The translations under genes were made by a program, and so were the position numbers. A DNA stretch of 64,000 nt from Carpediemonas membranifera BICM (taxonomy: Eukaryota; Protista; Fornicata): assembly GCA_019828565.1 (NCBI GenBank), contig JAHDYR010000038.1, forward strand, positions 574,735 through 638,734. The letters are read 5' to 3'. Under the pieces are notes generated by a model, which saw nothing but the letters and a program-made list of their open reading frames with translations, made no database searches and was not told the DNA's origin. The number at the start of each line of letters is the position of its first letter. Within the stretch, counting starts at the first letter, position 1. Positions 63,478 through 64,000 of this stretch are shown in pieces.

Positions 63478-64000
63478 ATGGCAAGGCGAGAGGAATTCTA
63501 TACTCAGTTTCATAGAATCCTCTTATTAGCACGTGGGATAACACAAGATGAGCCTGGAAACATCCCCAGGCTGCTGAGTTCCGTCCAGAACCTCCCGGAT
63601 CTTCCTGACGTTGAGGTCGAGGCCCTCCGCAACTCGAACCACTCAAAGGATGAGTTCCTAGAGAAGCTAAAGGCTCTGTCCGAGGAATGCAACCATGTAG
63701 AGGAGCTTTCAGAGACCAACTTCGCTGCCCGCGACGCTCTCTGCAAAGCGATCGAGACCCTCGAGAAACCGCCAGTAACGATCGACATCCCTCTAGCGGA
63801 CGGCGAGGACCTCCCCGACACCATATACACACTCCACCAGCGCACGATTTGGGCGATCATGCGCTGCCGCCAAAGCAAGCGGGCACAGGCCTGGACGGAC
63901 CCCGCTTGGTTCCTCTGCAAGAAGTTCTTCTTCGTCCGCTGTGACGCCAAGCAGGCCGAGGCAGTCACATGCACACATAAGCTGAGCCACACGCTTTACC
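63478..64000 (+). CDS. RCC1-like repeat-family member, 3'-truncated by the window edge (absent from the ORF track)
   Basis: Open from ATG 63478: MARREEFY..IDIPLADGEDLPDTIYTLHQRTIWA..AWFLCKKFFF, homologous to the gene at 775-2276. Confidence 0.75.
   Translation, partial: MARREEFYTQFHRILLLARGITQDEPGNIPRLLSSVQNLPDLPDVEVEALRNSNHSKDEFLEKLKALSEECNHVEELSETNFAARDALCKAIETLEKPPVTIDIPLADGEDLPDTIYTLHQRTIWAIMRCRQSKRAQAWTDPAWFLCKKFFFVRCDAKQAEAVTCTHKLSHTLY

Overview
Gene-dense eukaryotic genomic DNA using the standard code (TAA, TAG and TGA all act as stops). It has short intergenic spacers, sparse 28-50 nt GT-AG introns and a (T/A/G)GTAAA motif at or just after most stop codons. These traits suggest a free-living fornicate metamonad (Carpediemonas-like); the taxon is an inference. 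About 40 genes are present, nearly all on the + strand. Housekeeping genes include LysRS, biotin ligase, Trm5, TPI, proteasome beta2, Mad2, Skp1, calcineurin B, ALDH3, MBF1 and UAP1. Ciliary genes include WDR63-like, tectonic-like, FAM228-like and an RJL GTPase. There is also a Tim44-like protein, three copies or remnants of a lineage-expanded RCC1-like family, and a near-identical 1.4 kb duplication of an AMBRA1-like WD40 gene. The main finds are: (1) a ~1875 aa single-ORF fusion of SAM-like, NUDIX, PARP-type ADP-ribosyltransferase, DEAH helicase, KH-like and CCA/poly(A)-polymerase-type nucleotidyltransferase domains (56.2-61.8 kb), a candidate self-contained RNA-modifying or defence machine; (2) a Fanzor (eukaryotic TnpB) element with all three RuvC motifs, one in-frame TAG, a (TAAGG) palindrome at its 5' side and a repeated 3' motif that may mark omegaRNA ends; (3) a cluster of small box C/D snoRNAs missed by the ORF track, whose guides match LSU peptidyl-transferase-centre sequences. 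Frameshifts in the first 5 kb, including in the essential LysRS gene, probably reflect assembly indel errors. All domain calls come from reading motifs by eye; no searches were run.
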